From Selaginella moellendorffii (lineage: Eukaryota > Plantae > Lycopodiophyta), in contig NW_003314346.1 of NCBI RefSeq assembly GCF_000143415.4, positions 124,001 to 188,000 of the forward strand: a stretch of 64,000 nt of DNA, read 5' to 3'. Within the stretch, counting starts at the first letter, position 1. The number at the start of each line of letters is the position of its first letter. Below are positions 12,631 to 22,789 of this stretch, piece by piece. Under the pieces are notes generated by a model. That model did no database searches. It saw only the letters and a program-made list of their open reading frames with translations, and was not told the DNA's origin. Both the position numbers and the translations under genes were made by a program.

Positions 12631-14385
12631 CTAGGAGCCCATTAGGGTTAGGGCGCTCCTCCTCCACAGGAGGTAGGGATAAGATGCTTGGGACGAGGCC
12701 GTCAGGGAAACGAGGTGATTCGCCGCGCGAGCTGCCAGTGATTGATGCTCCGTTTGCCCTCGGCACGCCACCAGCAGGCTCGTCCACTCGTGCTCATCCG
12801 GTTCAAATGGCATGTTGGCCACCAGATCCCGGGCGTCCTCCACGTCTCCGGCCCGCGCCAGGATGCCCACAAGGCAGCTGTAGTGGTGCTTGGTAGCGGC
12901 CACCCCAAAATCCAGCGCCATGGAAGCAAAGCGCCGGCAGCAGCAACAGCTTGGGGACGATCTGCCTTTGTTGCTGCTCTTGGACGCTATGGCAATGATG
13001 GCCATAGCAAGGGTTGCGGCGTCCGGGACCTCCACCGTGTTCATCGCGTGGAAGAGGTCAAGCGCCTGTCCAAAATGCCCGCTGTGGGCACAAGCCGCCA
13101 TGGCCGAAGTCCACAGCGTCACGCTTCGGTCCGGCGCGCTGTCAAAGAGTCTCTGGGCCTGGCGGAGAAAACCGCCTCGCGCATATCCCGATATCAGTGT
13201 CGTGGACGACACCACGTCCTGCACAGGCATTCTCTCGAACAGCCTCTTGGCCTCGTCCAAATGCCCGCTGTGGGCGTAAGCAGCCAAGAGGGCATTCCAA
13301 GAGAACACGTCCTGCTCCGGGAGGCTGTCAAACAGCTGCTTTGGCTCGTCAACCTTGCCGTGCCGTGCAAACGCAGCGATGAGGGCATTCGCGGACACCA
13401 GATCCGCCTGCGGCATGCTGTCAAACACCTCCTTGGCCCGGGCCGGGTCGCGGGCGGCGCAAGCGGTGATCATGGCTGTGCACGACACCGAGTTTCTCAT
13501 CGGCATCGCATCGAACAGCCTCGTGGCGTCGTCCACGCGGCCGCTCCCTGCAAGCACCACTAGCATCGCCGTCCACGACACGAGGCTCCTCTCGGGCATG
13601 CCATCAAAGAGCTCCTTGGCCTCCTCCACAAGCCCCTGCTTGGAGTAGGCAGCAAGCAGCGTGTTCCACGCCACAAGGTTCCTCTCGGGCATCCGATCAA
13701 ACACCTCCTTCCCGCCCAGAGCGAGCAGCGTCGTCCAGGTGACCACATTCGTCTGCGGCATCTCCTCCAAGGTTTGCTTGGCCCTGGCAACGTGCCCAGC
13801 CCGGGCATATGCCAGGAGCAGCGCATTCCACGACACCAGGCACCTCTGCGGCATCCCTGTGAAGACCTCCTCGGCATGCGCAATGGCGCCGGCGTCCGCG
13901 TAGGCAGAGAGCATGGTGTTCCAAGAGATGGCGTCTCGCGCGGGCATCAAGTCGAAGAGGTGGCGGGCAGCGGCTGGGTGGCCGTTGTGGACGCACGCCG
14001 CGACCATGGCATTCCACGACACGAGATTCCTGGCGGGCATTGCCGCAAAGGCGTCCGCTGCATCGTCGAGGCGGCCGGCGCGAGCGCAGGCGGAGAGCAG
14101 CGCATTCCAAGAGGGCGCGTCCCACACGGGCATGTCGCGGAGGAGCATTTGTTTGGCGTCGCGCAGGTAGCCATTCCGTGCGTAGGCGGCGAGCATGAGC
14201 GCCCATGAGAATCGGTCCTTGGGCTCCGTGGCATCAAACAAATCGCGGGCGCCCTTGACGTTTCCGCACTTGCCATACTGCTCGATGAGCTTGTTCTGCG
14301 AGTACGTCGTCTTCCCGTCGCTCACACTTCCTGGCAACGAGCTACTACACACGCCGTCGCCGGCCACCTTGATCACGATGGTCAT
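12631..14385 (-). CDS. PLS-class PPR protein (mainly 31-aa short repeats, E-type C-terminus), intronless, 584 aa
   Basis: Tandem repeats such as RNLVSWNAMVAACVHNGHPAAARHLFDLMPA; E motif HYSCLVGILARAG...MPFEPDEHEWTSLLVAC. Confidence 0.9.
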   Translation of the reverse strand: MTIVIKVAGDGVCSSSLPGSVSDGKTTYSQNKLIEQYGKCGNVKGARDLFDATEPKDRFSWALMLAAYARNGYLRDAKQMLLRDMPVWDAPSWNALLSACARAGRLDDAADAFAAMPARNLVSWNAMVAACVHNGHPAAARHLFDLMPARDAISWNTMLSAYADAGAIAHAEEVFTGMPQRCLVSWNALLLAYARAGHVARAKQTLEEMPQTNVVTWTTLLALGGKEVFDRMPERNLVAWNTLLAAYSKQGLVEEAKELFDGMPERSLVSWTAMLVVLAGSGRVDDATRLFDAMPMRNSVSCTAMITACAARDPARAKEVFDSMPQADLVSANALIAAFARHGKVDEPKQLFDSLPEQDVFSWNALLAAYAHSGHLDEAKRLFERMPVQDVVSSTTLISGYARGGFLRQAQRLFDSAPDRSVTLWTSAMAACAHSGHFGQALDLFHAMNTVEVPDAATLAMAIIAIASKSSNKGRSSPSCCCCRRFASMALDFGVAATKHHYSCLVGILARAGDVEDARDLVANMPFEPDEHEWTSLLVACRGQTEHQSLAARAANHLVSLTASSQASYPYLLWRRSALTLMGS

Positions 14386-14519
14386 GGTATTTCATCTCTA
14401 CACACAGACAGCGCAACACGTACTAACTGTACAAAAGCAGTGACGCCCTTCCCGAGGACATGGAGACGTTTCAAGACTTTTCTGCACAAAAGAAAACGAT
14501 GCTGTGAGGTCACCATATC

Positions 14520-15938
14520 TTATCCTCTGTCTGTGCAGCAAAAAGAAATGGAATGCTCACCTGTGGAACAGTGCCTGGGCTCCCCGGCCTCTGAGTCGGT
14601 CAGAAACCTCTCCCAGAACACGTCGTTGAAGCCAACGCCCACGGCTCCGTTGTCAACGCTGGCACGCATCTCACCTTGGAGGGCTGCTGCTGCTGCGGCG
14701 GCTTTGGCGCTACTCTCGTTGTCCTCTGGCTCCGAGTTGAGGTTGAAGGGATGCTTTCCGGCGGCTGACTGGCTGCTTAACTCGGTCGTAACACCAGACC
14801 GTGGAGACAAGTGCCTTGCCTCTGGAGACGTCACGTCCGAGCAGGGCGTTGTCACCACGCTTGCGGCTCTGGTAGATGCCTGGTAATCCCCATCGCCGTC
14901 CCGGCTAGTAGTCACAACCTCTTCTTCCTCCCCGTCATACGCGTCGCCGCCTTCCTGCTGCCGCAGTAGCTCGCGGATAAGGAGCTCCAGCTCCAGCGAC
15001 GACTCGTGCGGTTTCTTGGACGCCAAGTCCGGGCTGTTGAAGAACTGGCTCAGCTTGTCAACCGGGTCGTAGCGGACGAGCCGGCTGTTGCTGCTGGCGC
15101 CGGCTTCTTCGAGCGCCTTCCTCTTTCTGTGGCCGCCGATGCTCGGCGAGTGGCCGCAATTGCGCCGAAGGACTTGTGCCAAGAATCCCGGGCTCTGGAT
15201 AGCCTTTGCCAGGAAAGAGATCATGTGTTTCTGGCGTTGCTCTGATCCCTGCACGCGCTGCCCCATGAGCAGCAGCTCCGTCTCCGTTTGCTGCTGCTGC
15301 TGCCTCAGCCTCACCAGCTCCAGCATCAACACGTTCTTATCCCGCTGGAGCCTGTCAACCTCCGCTTCCAATCCGAGCTTTGGCTCGCCGCCGCCACCGC
15401 TGCCGTGGTGTGCCTGCTGCGGCGGCTGCTGCTGCTGAGACGATGGCTTCTTTCTGGTGATGTTTCTGAGCAGGCTCCTGTCGCCTCGAACGAATTCCTC
15501 GTTTGCAAACTCCCATCGATCCGGATCCACCTTCCGAAATCCCTGGCCCCCAACAAAACCATGAGACCGGCTTGCTACCTAGGCCTAGAACAAACTCACA
15601 TAGGTGTTGAGCTGCCGGACAAAGCTGGAGAAATTGTTGTGCTTGAAATACTGCGGTAACAGATCCCGCGCAAACTCGGGCGGATTCCACACCACGAAGC
15701 TCGTGCCCTTGCTGCTCCACGACACAACTGGGTCGGAGGAGGCGTCGTCAATCATGTCGTATGTCTTGGTGAGGAAGGGAGCCGGGGGCGCCGCTGCTGC
15801 TGCTGCTGCTGCCGCTGCCGCTGCCGCCGCTGCCGCTGCTCCATCGCGCTGCTGGTGAGAGCAAGAGGACGATGCAGTAGACGAGGTCGCGCACACATTG
15901 GCGTGCCCATCGTCCGAGGCTGTTGTGGCGGACGCCAT
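14520..15938 (-). CDS. Class A heat shock transcription factor (2 exons; intron 15543-15599)
   Basis: [17 protein letters not shown]...[16 protein letters not shown]|[15 protein letters not shown] with the conserved intron; [21 protein letters not shown]; NLS RKRK; AHA motif NDVFWERFL; N-terminal poly-Ala. First in-frame ATG is 15938. Confidence 0.93.
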
Positions 15939-16007
15939 TGTCAGCCCGGGAACAACGCCATCCAAACCCTAGCTAGAATGTGCGCTAGCTAGGGTACACG
16001 ATGTGGG

Positions 16008-18668
16008 ATGGAGGAGCAGCACGAGATTGTGGTGCTCCTCCGGCAATGCATCCGCAGCAAGGATGCGCGCCGCGGTGTGAGCCTCCACGCCGCCATCAGC
16101 GCAAGGGGTCTGGACAGGGTGAAGCTCATCCAGGACCTCCTCGTCCACATGTACGCCAAGTGCGGCAGGCTAGACCGCGCGGTGCAAGTGTTCCAGGCCA
16201 TGGACCATCCCAACTCCACCTCCTTCAACATCCTGGCAGCGGCCTACGCCGCCAATGGCCGCCTTGACGACGCCAGGGCCACATTCGATCGCAACCCCGC
16301 CAAGGACACGGTGTCCTGGAACACGCTCATCTCTGCCTGCGCCCGTGCCGGCCGTGGCCACCAAGCCCTGGCGCTGTTCCTGGGGATGGAGCGCGACGAG
16401 GTGACACCCAACGTGGTGACTTATCTGGGAGTGATCCAGGCCTGCGCCAGCCTCCGAGACCTCGAAACGGGTAAGTCTATCCACGATAGGATTGTTGCTA
16501 TCCATCCTAGACTAGATCCTAAGCTCGCAGTCGCACTAATCAACATGTTTGGGAGATGCAGGTGTGTCGCTCGGGCTCGAGCGGTGTTCGATCGGCTTGA
16601 TTACCGAGACACGGTGGCGTGGAACGTTTTGATGTCGGCACATGCCCAGAATGGGCATCTGGAAGAAGCACGGGCAATCTTCTTTGGTGAGATGCCGCCA
16701 GAGAAACGGAGTGTTGTGTCATGGAACGTGATCATCTCAGCCTGTGCACAGGCCGGCCGTGCAGCCGACGCCCTGGAGCTTTTCCATGTCATGGGAGAGC
16801 AGGGGTTCGAGGCCGATGACGTTACGTTCCTGGCTGCTCTAGACGCGTCCTCTGTTCTGGGGGACTTAAAGAGAGGGGAGCAAATTCACTGCGCGATCAT
16901 CAGAAGCAGGGGTAGAGTGCCGAGCCTCAAGGTCGGGAACGCACTCATCAGCATGTATGGCAAGTGTGGCAGCCCTGGTGACGCATGGAATCTCTTCTGC
17001 CGCCAAGAGACAAGAGATGTGGTGTCGTGGAACGCTGCATTGGCGGCACTGGCACAGAACGGGAGGGTTGCCGAGGCTCGGCAGCTGTTCGATCGAATGC
17101 CATGCAGAGATGTCGTCTCGTGGAATACCATGATCTCCGCACTGGCCCGTAGTGGGCTTCCTGGCCAGGCAATCCAGCTCTTGAGCTCCATGACAGCGGA
17201 AGTAAAGGCCAACGCAATCACCTTCGTCAGTGCCGTGGATGCCTGCGCTGGGCTTGGCGTGATTTCTGAGGGGCGAAAGCTCCACCGGCTTGTCAGAGAA
17301 GCCGGCTGCGAGCTTGAATTGAACGTCCAAAACTCGCTCATCAACATGTATGGTAAGTGCGGCAGCGTTGGCGAGGCACGAGGGGTGTACGACGGCATGC
17401 CGTATCGGGACGTGGTGTCCTGGAACGGCATGCTTGCGGCATATTGCGCTAACGGGCATCTGCGCCAAGCTAAGCTTCTGTTTGATGAGGTTCCTGACCG
17501 GGATGTCATCTCCTGGAACATAATGGTGGCGGGCATGGCCCGGGGTGGCAGGAGCCGGGATGCGTTGCGGCTGTTTGCTTCGATGGATGTGGAGGCAATA
17601 GAGACAGACGAGATAACCGTCATTGCTGTACTAGATGCGTGCGGCAGCCTTTCAGATTTGGCTGCTGGCCGAGAAATCCAGGGGCTGTGCACAAGCATCA
17701 GCAGCAGCACCAAAGTCTGGAACTCGCTCATCTACTTCTATGGACGATGCAAGCGGAGTGACGAAGCCAGGAGCACGTTTGACAGAATGAAGGAGTGGGA
17801 TCTGGTTTCGTGGACTGCTATGGTGGGCGCATACTCTCTCGCCGGCGACTTGGAGGCTGCAAAAGCTTGCTTTGAGGCGATGCCCGAGCACGATGTTGCA
17901 GCGTGGAATGCAATGTTGACGGCTTTTATTCAGAATGGATGCGGGTCGGAGGCACTCGCAAGCTTTAAACTGATGGAGGCCAGAGGCATCGACGCTAACG
18001 AGATATCTTTGACGTCCATCCCCGAGGCGTGCCTGAGGCCGCCGGCCCATACGAAGGATGCGGAGTTTGTGTACGCGAGAAGTGTGAGCAGCGGTATCCG
18101 GTCCGTGCTGATCGACAATGCGCTGATTAGGATGCTCGGAAAGTGCTGCAATGCAGCCCGAGCAAGGCGAACATTCAATCAAATGAGTGAGCGAAGCGTT
18201 GTCAGCTGGAACTCCATGGTTGCTGCATATGCCCATAGTGGTCATCTTGCCGAAGCGGGCGAAGTTGCTACCCACATGATCGTCGAGGGTGAGATGCCCA
18301 ACGAGGTGACCTCTGTGATACTGCTTGCAAGCTACAGCCACGCGGGCATGCTCTTCCGCTCGATCGCTCACTTCGTGAAGATGCAGCGCGAGTTTTGGAT
18401 CCTGCCAGAGGCCGACCACTTCAGCTGCATGGTGGATGTTTTGGCCCGCTCTGGGAGGCTGCGTGACGCTGAGCAGCTGGTTGCCACCATGTCATACGAA
18501 CCAGACATGCAGGTGTGGCTGGCCTTGGTTGGGGGATGTAACATGCATGGACATGTTCAAGGTGGGGCACTTGCTGCTCAGCAGGCCTGGGAGCTGGATC
18601 CGCAGAGCTCCGCTCCCTATATCCTCACCTCGAATCTCTACAAAGCTCCACCCGTGGTGAGAACGTAA
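16008..18668 (+). CDS. PLS-class PPR protein, E subgroup, intronless, 886 aa
   Basis: P/L/S repeats (NALISMYGKCG, RDVVSWN...); E motif HFSCMVDVLARSG...WLALVGGCNMHG...ELDPQSSAPYILTSNLY. Confidence 0.93.
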   Translation: MEEQHEIVVLLRQCIRSKDARRGVSLHAAISARGLDRVKLIQDLLVHMYAKCGRLDRAVQVFQAMDHPNSTSFNILAAAYAANGRLDDARATFDRNPAKDTVSWNTLISACARAGRGHQALALFLGMERDEVTPNVVTYLGVIQACASLRDLETGKSIHDRIVAIHPRLDPKLAVALINMFGRCRCVARARAVFDRLDYRDTVAWNVLMSAHAQNGHLEEARAIFFGEMPPEKRSVVSWNVIISACAQAGRAADALELFHVMGEQGFEADDVTFLAALDASSVLGDLKRGEQIHCAIIRSRGRVPSLKVGNALISMYGKCGSPGDAWNLFCRQETRDVVSWNAALAALAQNGRVAEARQLFDRMPCRDVVSWNTMISALARSGLPGQAIQLLSSMTAEVKANAITFVSAVDACAGLGVISEGRKLHRLVREAGCELELNVQNSLINMYGKCGSVGEARGVYDGMPYRDVVSWNGMLAAYCANGHLRQAKLLFDEVPDRDVISWNIMVAGMARGGRSRDALRLFASMDVEAIETDEITVIAVLDACGSLSDLAAGREIQGLCTSISSSTKVWNSLIYFYGRCKRSDEARSTFDRMKEWDLVSWTAMVGAYSLAGDLEAAKACFEAMPEHDVAAWNAMLTAFIQNGCGSEALASFKLMEARGIDANEISLTSIPEACLRPPAHTKDAEFVYARSVSSGIRSVLIDNALIRMLGKCCNAARARRTFNQMSERSVVSWNSMVAAYAHSGHLAEAGEVATHMIVEGEMPNEVTSVILLASYSHAGMLFRSIAHFVKMQREFWILPEADHFSCMVDVLARSGRLRDAEQLVATMSYEPDMQVWLALVGGCNMHGHVQGGALAAQQAWELDPQSSAPYILTSNLYKAPPVVRT

Positions 18669-18975
18669 AAAAGCACTCGTTTTGTACGGCCCAGGAAAGA
18701 GAATCTCCAAGCCCATATCGGGAAGGGATACTTAGTTTGGTACGAGAGGTTGTTGCTGGCTGGCGCGCGATTCGTTTGTTGGGATTGTGGTCTGGATGTA
18801 TGCATCAATCAATCAATCAATCGGTCCAGCTGCCATGAAACCAAAGGGTCACATTCAATGCTGGCTGGAACAACCACAAGAAACGAGCGATTTCCAAGTC
18901 GCGATCATCATACTCTCATTAACTTACCAGGAGAGGGTATAGTGCCTAGTACAAGCTACGCCGGTGGTCTGTCTC

Positions 18976-20004
18976 TCAGGGTTGCTTGGGTGGGAAGCTA
19001 GCGGCCGCAGCCATGTAGCTGCTAACTTCTCTCGACACCATGTCCCGCAGCATCAATCCCATGCGATCATCACCTTCCACGCTCATCGGCGGGGAGGCGT
19101 GGCGAAGGATGGGTGCCAGGGAGAGAGACACCGCCGCTCTGATGGCAGCAGCCATGAGGTCGACTACCTCTTCCATTCTCAAGTAGCCACCTCTAGGCAG
19201 TGATGCCAGATCCTTCTCCTGGATTGCATGAGCCAGCGAGAGGAAAGATGCCGGGGTTTTCTGTCTTCCTTCTTCCATGGCACGCTTGGCGATGGCCGCT
19301 GTGGTCGTATCTTCAATGGAGCCGGGCAAACAGAGGCTGAGAGATGTCGGCGGATCTGTTCTCACAGTCGCCATCGTCGCTGCTGCTGATTCCTGGCCGA
19401 GAGGCGGGCTCGGAAGCTTTGATGCCGGCTTGAACAGTGGGGGAGGACTTCCAATGCGAGCATCGCTCTTCTTCGTCACTGCCTCTTGCAGATCCTGCTC
19501 CGGCTCGTCGCTGTGATTCATCATGTCACAGCAGCTGCGCTTGGTGCTGGCACGGGAGTCGTCGTGTCTCTCCCCAGTAGCAGCAGCAGCAGTAGCAACC
19601 GTCATGGTGGCCGCCCTCCGGCGCAGCGTGGAGTTCCAGTGATTCTTGATGGCATTGTCCGTGCGGCCCGGAAGCAAGCGCGCGATGGTTGCCCACTTGT
19701 TCCCGTGCAACAAGTGCGCACGGACGATGGCTGCGTCCTCGGCAGCAGTGAAGGGGCGATGCTCCACTTGCGGGCTGAGCTGATTGCACCACCTCAGCCG
19801 GCACGACTTGCCCGATCGCCCCGCAATGCCCTTGCTTATAACAGACCAGTTGCGAGCGCCATGCTGCTCCACCAGCTGCTGGAGCGCGGCATCCTCCTCC
19901 GGGCTCCATGGACCTTTGATCCTCTCCTCGAGATCCTTGTCGCAGCTGCTGGTGTTGCTACTGCCGCTGCTCGTGCTGGCGGCACTGGGCTTGAGCACCT
20001 CCAT
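18976..20004 (-). CDS. R2R3-MYB transcription factor, subgroup-22 (MYB44/73/77)-like, intronless
   Basis: [11 protein letters not shown]...[24 protein letters not shown]...[15 protein letters not shown]; [12 protein letters not shown] and [10 protein letters not shown] motifs typical of subgroup 22. Confidence 0.93.
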   Translation of the reverse strand: MEVLKPSAASTSSGSSNTSSCDKDLEERIKGPWSPEEDAALQQLVEQHGARNWSVISKGIAGRSGKSCRLRWCNQLSPQVEHRPFTAAEDAAIVRAHLLHGNKWATIARLLPGRTDNAIKNHWNSTLRRRAATMTVATAAAATGERHDDSRASTKRSCCDMMNHSDEPEQDLQEAVTKKSDARIGSPPPLFKPASKLPSPPLGQESAAATMATVRTDPPTSLSLCLPGSIEDTTTAAIAKRAMEEGRQKTPASFLSLAHAIQEKDLASLPRGGYLRMEEVVDLMAAAIRAAVSLSLAPILRHASPPMSVEGDDRMGLMLRDMVSREVSSYMAAAASFPPKQP

Positions 20005-20775
20005 AGCTCCTCACTCTTCTCTGTCTCTCAAAAACTAAAGGAAGACGAAGGAACAAATTAAAAAACGAAAAGAGGAAGAATCAAAAAGGAGAAAACGAGG
20101 AGCCCTAGAAACAGGGAAGCTTCATAGCAATGTAGGTGAGGCCCATTTTATATGGTCACAAAACAACCAAGGGCTGTTAACCAGACAACAACGTATCGGC
20201 CGTACTCGCAAACAGCTGGAGGTGGCCAGGCTGGCTGGCCCGTGACACACCATAATTGACGGACGGTCCAGATCTCTCCGCCACCGTCAAAGTATTTCCA
20301 CCTCGCCGTAGAGGAGGACGGTTATACGGCCCCGCGCCGTATGGTAGTTTGGCCGTTGGCGGTCGTTCTGTGGGACCGCTGGACCACATGACAGACCCAC
20401 GGTCACTAGCATGCCCATGGATGCGCATCGCAAGATACGCCATACTAATAAGCTGGCACGCATTGGAGTTTCCCAGCATGGCTGTGGCTTTGGCTGTGTC
20501 TTTATGAGCCAGGAGTTTTTCCTTTCAAGTAAAAGTATCGAAGTATCTAAAGGTAATCTCTTTTTGTTGTTGGCGGTTGGGTTGCTGTTGGTTAGTGTGA
20601 TCCTGACTGTGATCGTGGAAATGGAGGAATCCAAACGTCGAAGCAGGGCAAAAGAACGAATCAGACAAGCCGCATCGTCCAAGTATAAGAATATGGCATT
20701 TCCTGTGCAAAGCAAAGAGCTTGGGAGGAGCAAGCAATGCCATGATCCATCCGCCATCGATAGTGTCACTCGCAC

Positions 20776-21474
20776 TCACGCTGGGCCATAGTCGGACTTG
20801 ACGTAGATGGGCACTTGCTCCCTTTTGGCGCGCTCGGCCTTGTCCGCCTTGATCGCCCACGGTGCTCTCATGTCGATGGTCTCGCCGCCGGGGAGCTCCA
20901 CGATGCCGTCCTGGGCGGTGGCCTTGAGCAGCAGCTTGCGCAGCTTGAGGATGTGGTCGAAGAGCTCGCTGGGCTCCTTGTGCTTGAGGCAAAACGCGCG
21001 CTCGTTGTAACCCAGCGGCTCCAGCAGGATGAGACGGGGCGACTCCAGCTCCTTGGTGTAACTCGGGTCCTCCACCGTCTCCAGCGTCGGCATCAAGGCC
21101 GTCTCGGCAAAGTCGGAGGTGCACACCATCGGGTGCGTCTCCACCGACATGCTTATCAGGTGGGGGAACTCTATGTACATGCCCGTGTGAACCAGCGGAT
21201 CCACGATCCGGCGCACACGGTACGTGTTGTCCAGCTCCCTGCAAAACCTCTCGTCATTCATTCCCTTCCCAAGAAAGAGAGCAAAGGCGCACCTTGCCTT
21301 GATCCACTCCTTGATCTTTCGCACGCCATAGCTACATTTATCCTCGCTTACCTTGATGTTCATGCGGTCCTCGAAGATGTCATCCTCTCCCTCGGACGAT
21401 GAGGAGCTCCACCGCCGCAGCAGCCTCGCACACCCATTCCTCGTCGCCGCTGGACATCGCCTCACAAAGAGCAT
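20776..21474 (-). CDS. Uncharacterised 232-aa protein with Arg-rich, mitochondrial-like N-terminus, intronless
   Basis: Uninterrupted ORF with strong G/C third-position bias; N-terminus MLFVRRCPAATRNGCARLLRRWSSS; no recognised domain. Confidence 0.65.
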   Translation of the reverse strand: MLFVRRCPAATRNGCARLLRRWSSSSSEGEDDIFEDRMNIKVSEDKCSYGVRKIKEWIKARCAFALFLGKGMNDERFCRELDNTYRVRRIVDPLVHTGMYIEFPHLISMSVETHPMVCTSDFAETALMPTLETVEDPSYTKELESPRLILLEPLGYNERAFCLKHKEPSELFDHILKLRKLLLKATAQDGIVELPGGETIDMRAPWAIKADKAERAKREQVPIYVKSDYGPA

Positions 21475-21510
21475 CTGGCCTTAGACCCTAGCAAAACCCT
21501 TGTTACACAG

Positions 21511-22726
21511 TTAATTCTCATTTTCAACTTGTTCTTCCACGTATGGGCACGTCCCGTCGTCTACGGTGGCGAGCGGGTCGTAGAATGGGTTCTCTTTGTC
21601 TGTACAGCCCGGGTTGAGATCCAAGTCACACTTCCACCCCTGCAAAAATGCACTCACACAAGCTGAGCCACAGCACGCTCGTTTTGCCTTGACTTGCCTC
21701 TGGATTGTATGGCGGTAGAGGGCATCTGTCCATCACCAGCACTGCCTCTGGGTAGATGGCATTGTCACAGGCTCCATCCTTGGACAGTTCGGCTGCCAGT
21801 CCCTGGTAGGAAGAGGAGGAAGACAATCACTGCTTTGAACTTCACGAGCAGTGTAATTTCAAGTACCTCGCTGAAGAAACTTGAAGGCTTGTTCCGAAAC
21901 TTGGGTGGCACCGCCACGTTCAACTTGTAAGGCCCATCCCAGTCCTTGCCATTTGTAAACGAAAACTCCAAGCTCAGTGCTGCCAGCCAGCCAGCCAAGC
22001 AAAGCCGGAATGTGAATAGTTGTTTAATGCCGACAAACGCGTCAGGCACGTACTATGCTTTGGGAGATTGATCTTGATGCTGTACAAAGGAGCACAAGAG
22101 TTGCCGCGATCCTTCTTTGTCATGATTCGTGGCTCGCCTCCACACATAATTGGCTGGTTGAATCCTCCTGCAAACAAACGCCAGGATTTGAGGAAAAATG
22201 ATAGACCGCAGACGCTTACCGTTGAAGGCAACCCCGTAGACGTCGTTGGGCTTCAAGGAAGACGCGTCCGGATTGAAGAAAATGATGAGCTGCCCTCCCT
22301 GCTTGATAATATATTTATCACACTCACTGTGCCACAGACTTTGAAAATGACAAGCTCACTTACAGCAGCAGGAGGCTGGCCATCACTTGCTTGCCACCAG
22401 ACTGGAAACTTGCCAAGCTCGAATGCGGACCATGACGGGCGAGTATATCTGCTCAAACACACCGCAAATTGGAGCGGCAACGAAGCAAAATCATGGCAAA
22501 CCATCAGTACCTGTCGATAGTCTTCTCCGAGGCAACAGCAGCAATTCGCAGCTTCCGCCGCGGTACCAGCTTTGTCTGCCTGATCGCTTCACATTCCGCA
22601 AGTGAAGAGCTATCTGCAAACACAAAACAAACAGTGTGAGAAGCAGAAGAAATCGCACGACAACTTACAGAGTGACGATCTCCTGATGCCCAGAACTGGG
22701 TGGTTGCTAAGAGCTGCGGTGGCCAT
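21511..22726 (-). CDS. PIFI: POST-ILLUMINATION CHLOROPHYLL FLUORESCENCE INCREASE-like plastid protein, multi-exon
   Basis: [63 protein letters not shown]...[14 protein letters not shown]; ATG 22726, TAA 21511-21513. Confidence 0.88.
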
Positions 22727-22789
22727 GGAAGACAGCCACACCCTCAAGCTAGGAGCCACAGATATTTTTCTTGCTAAACAGCGCTTTGT

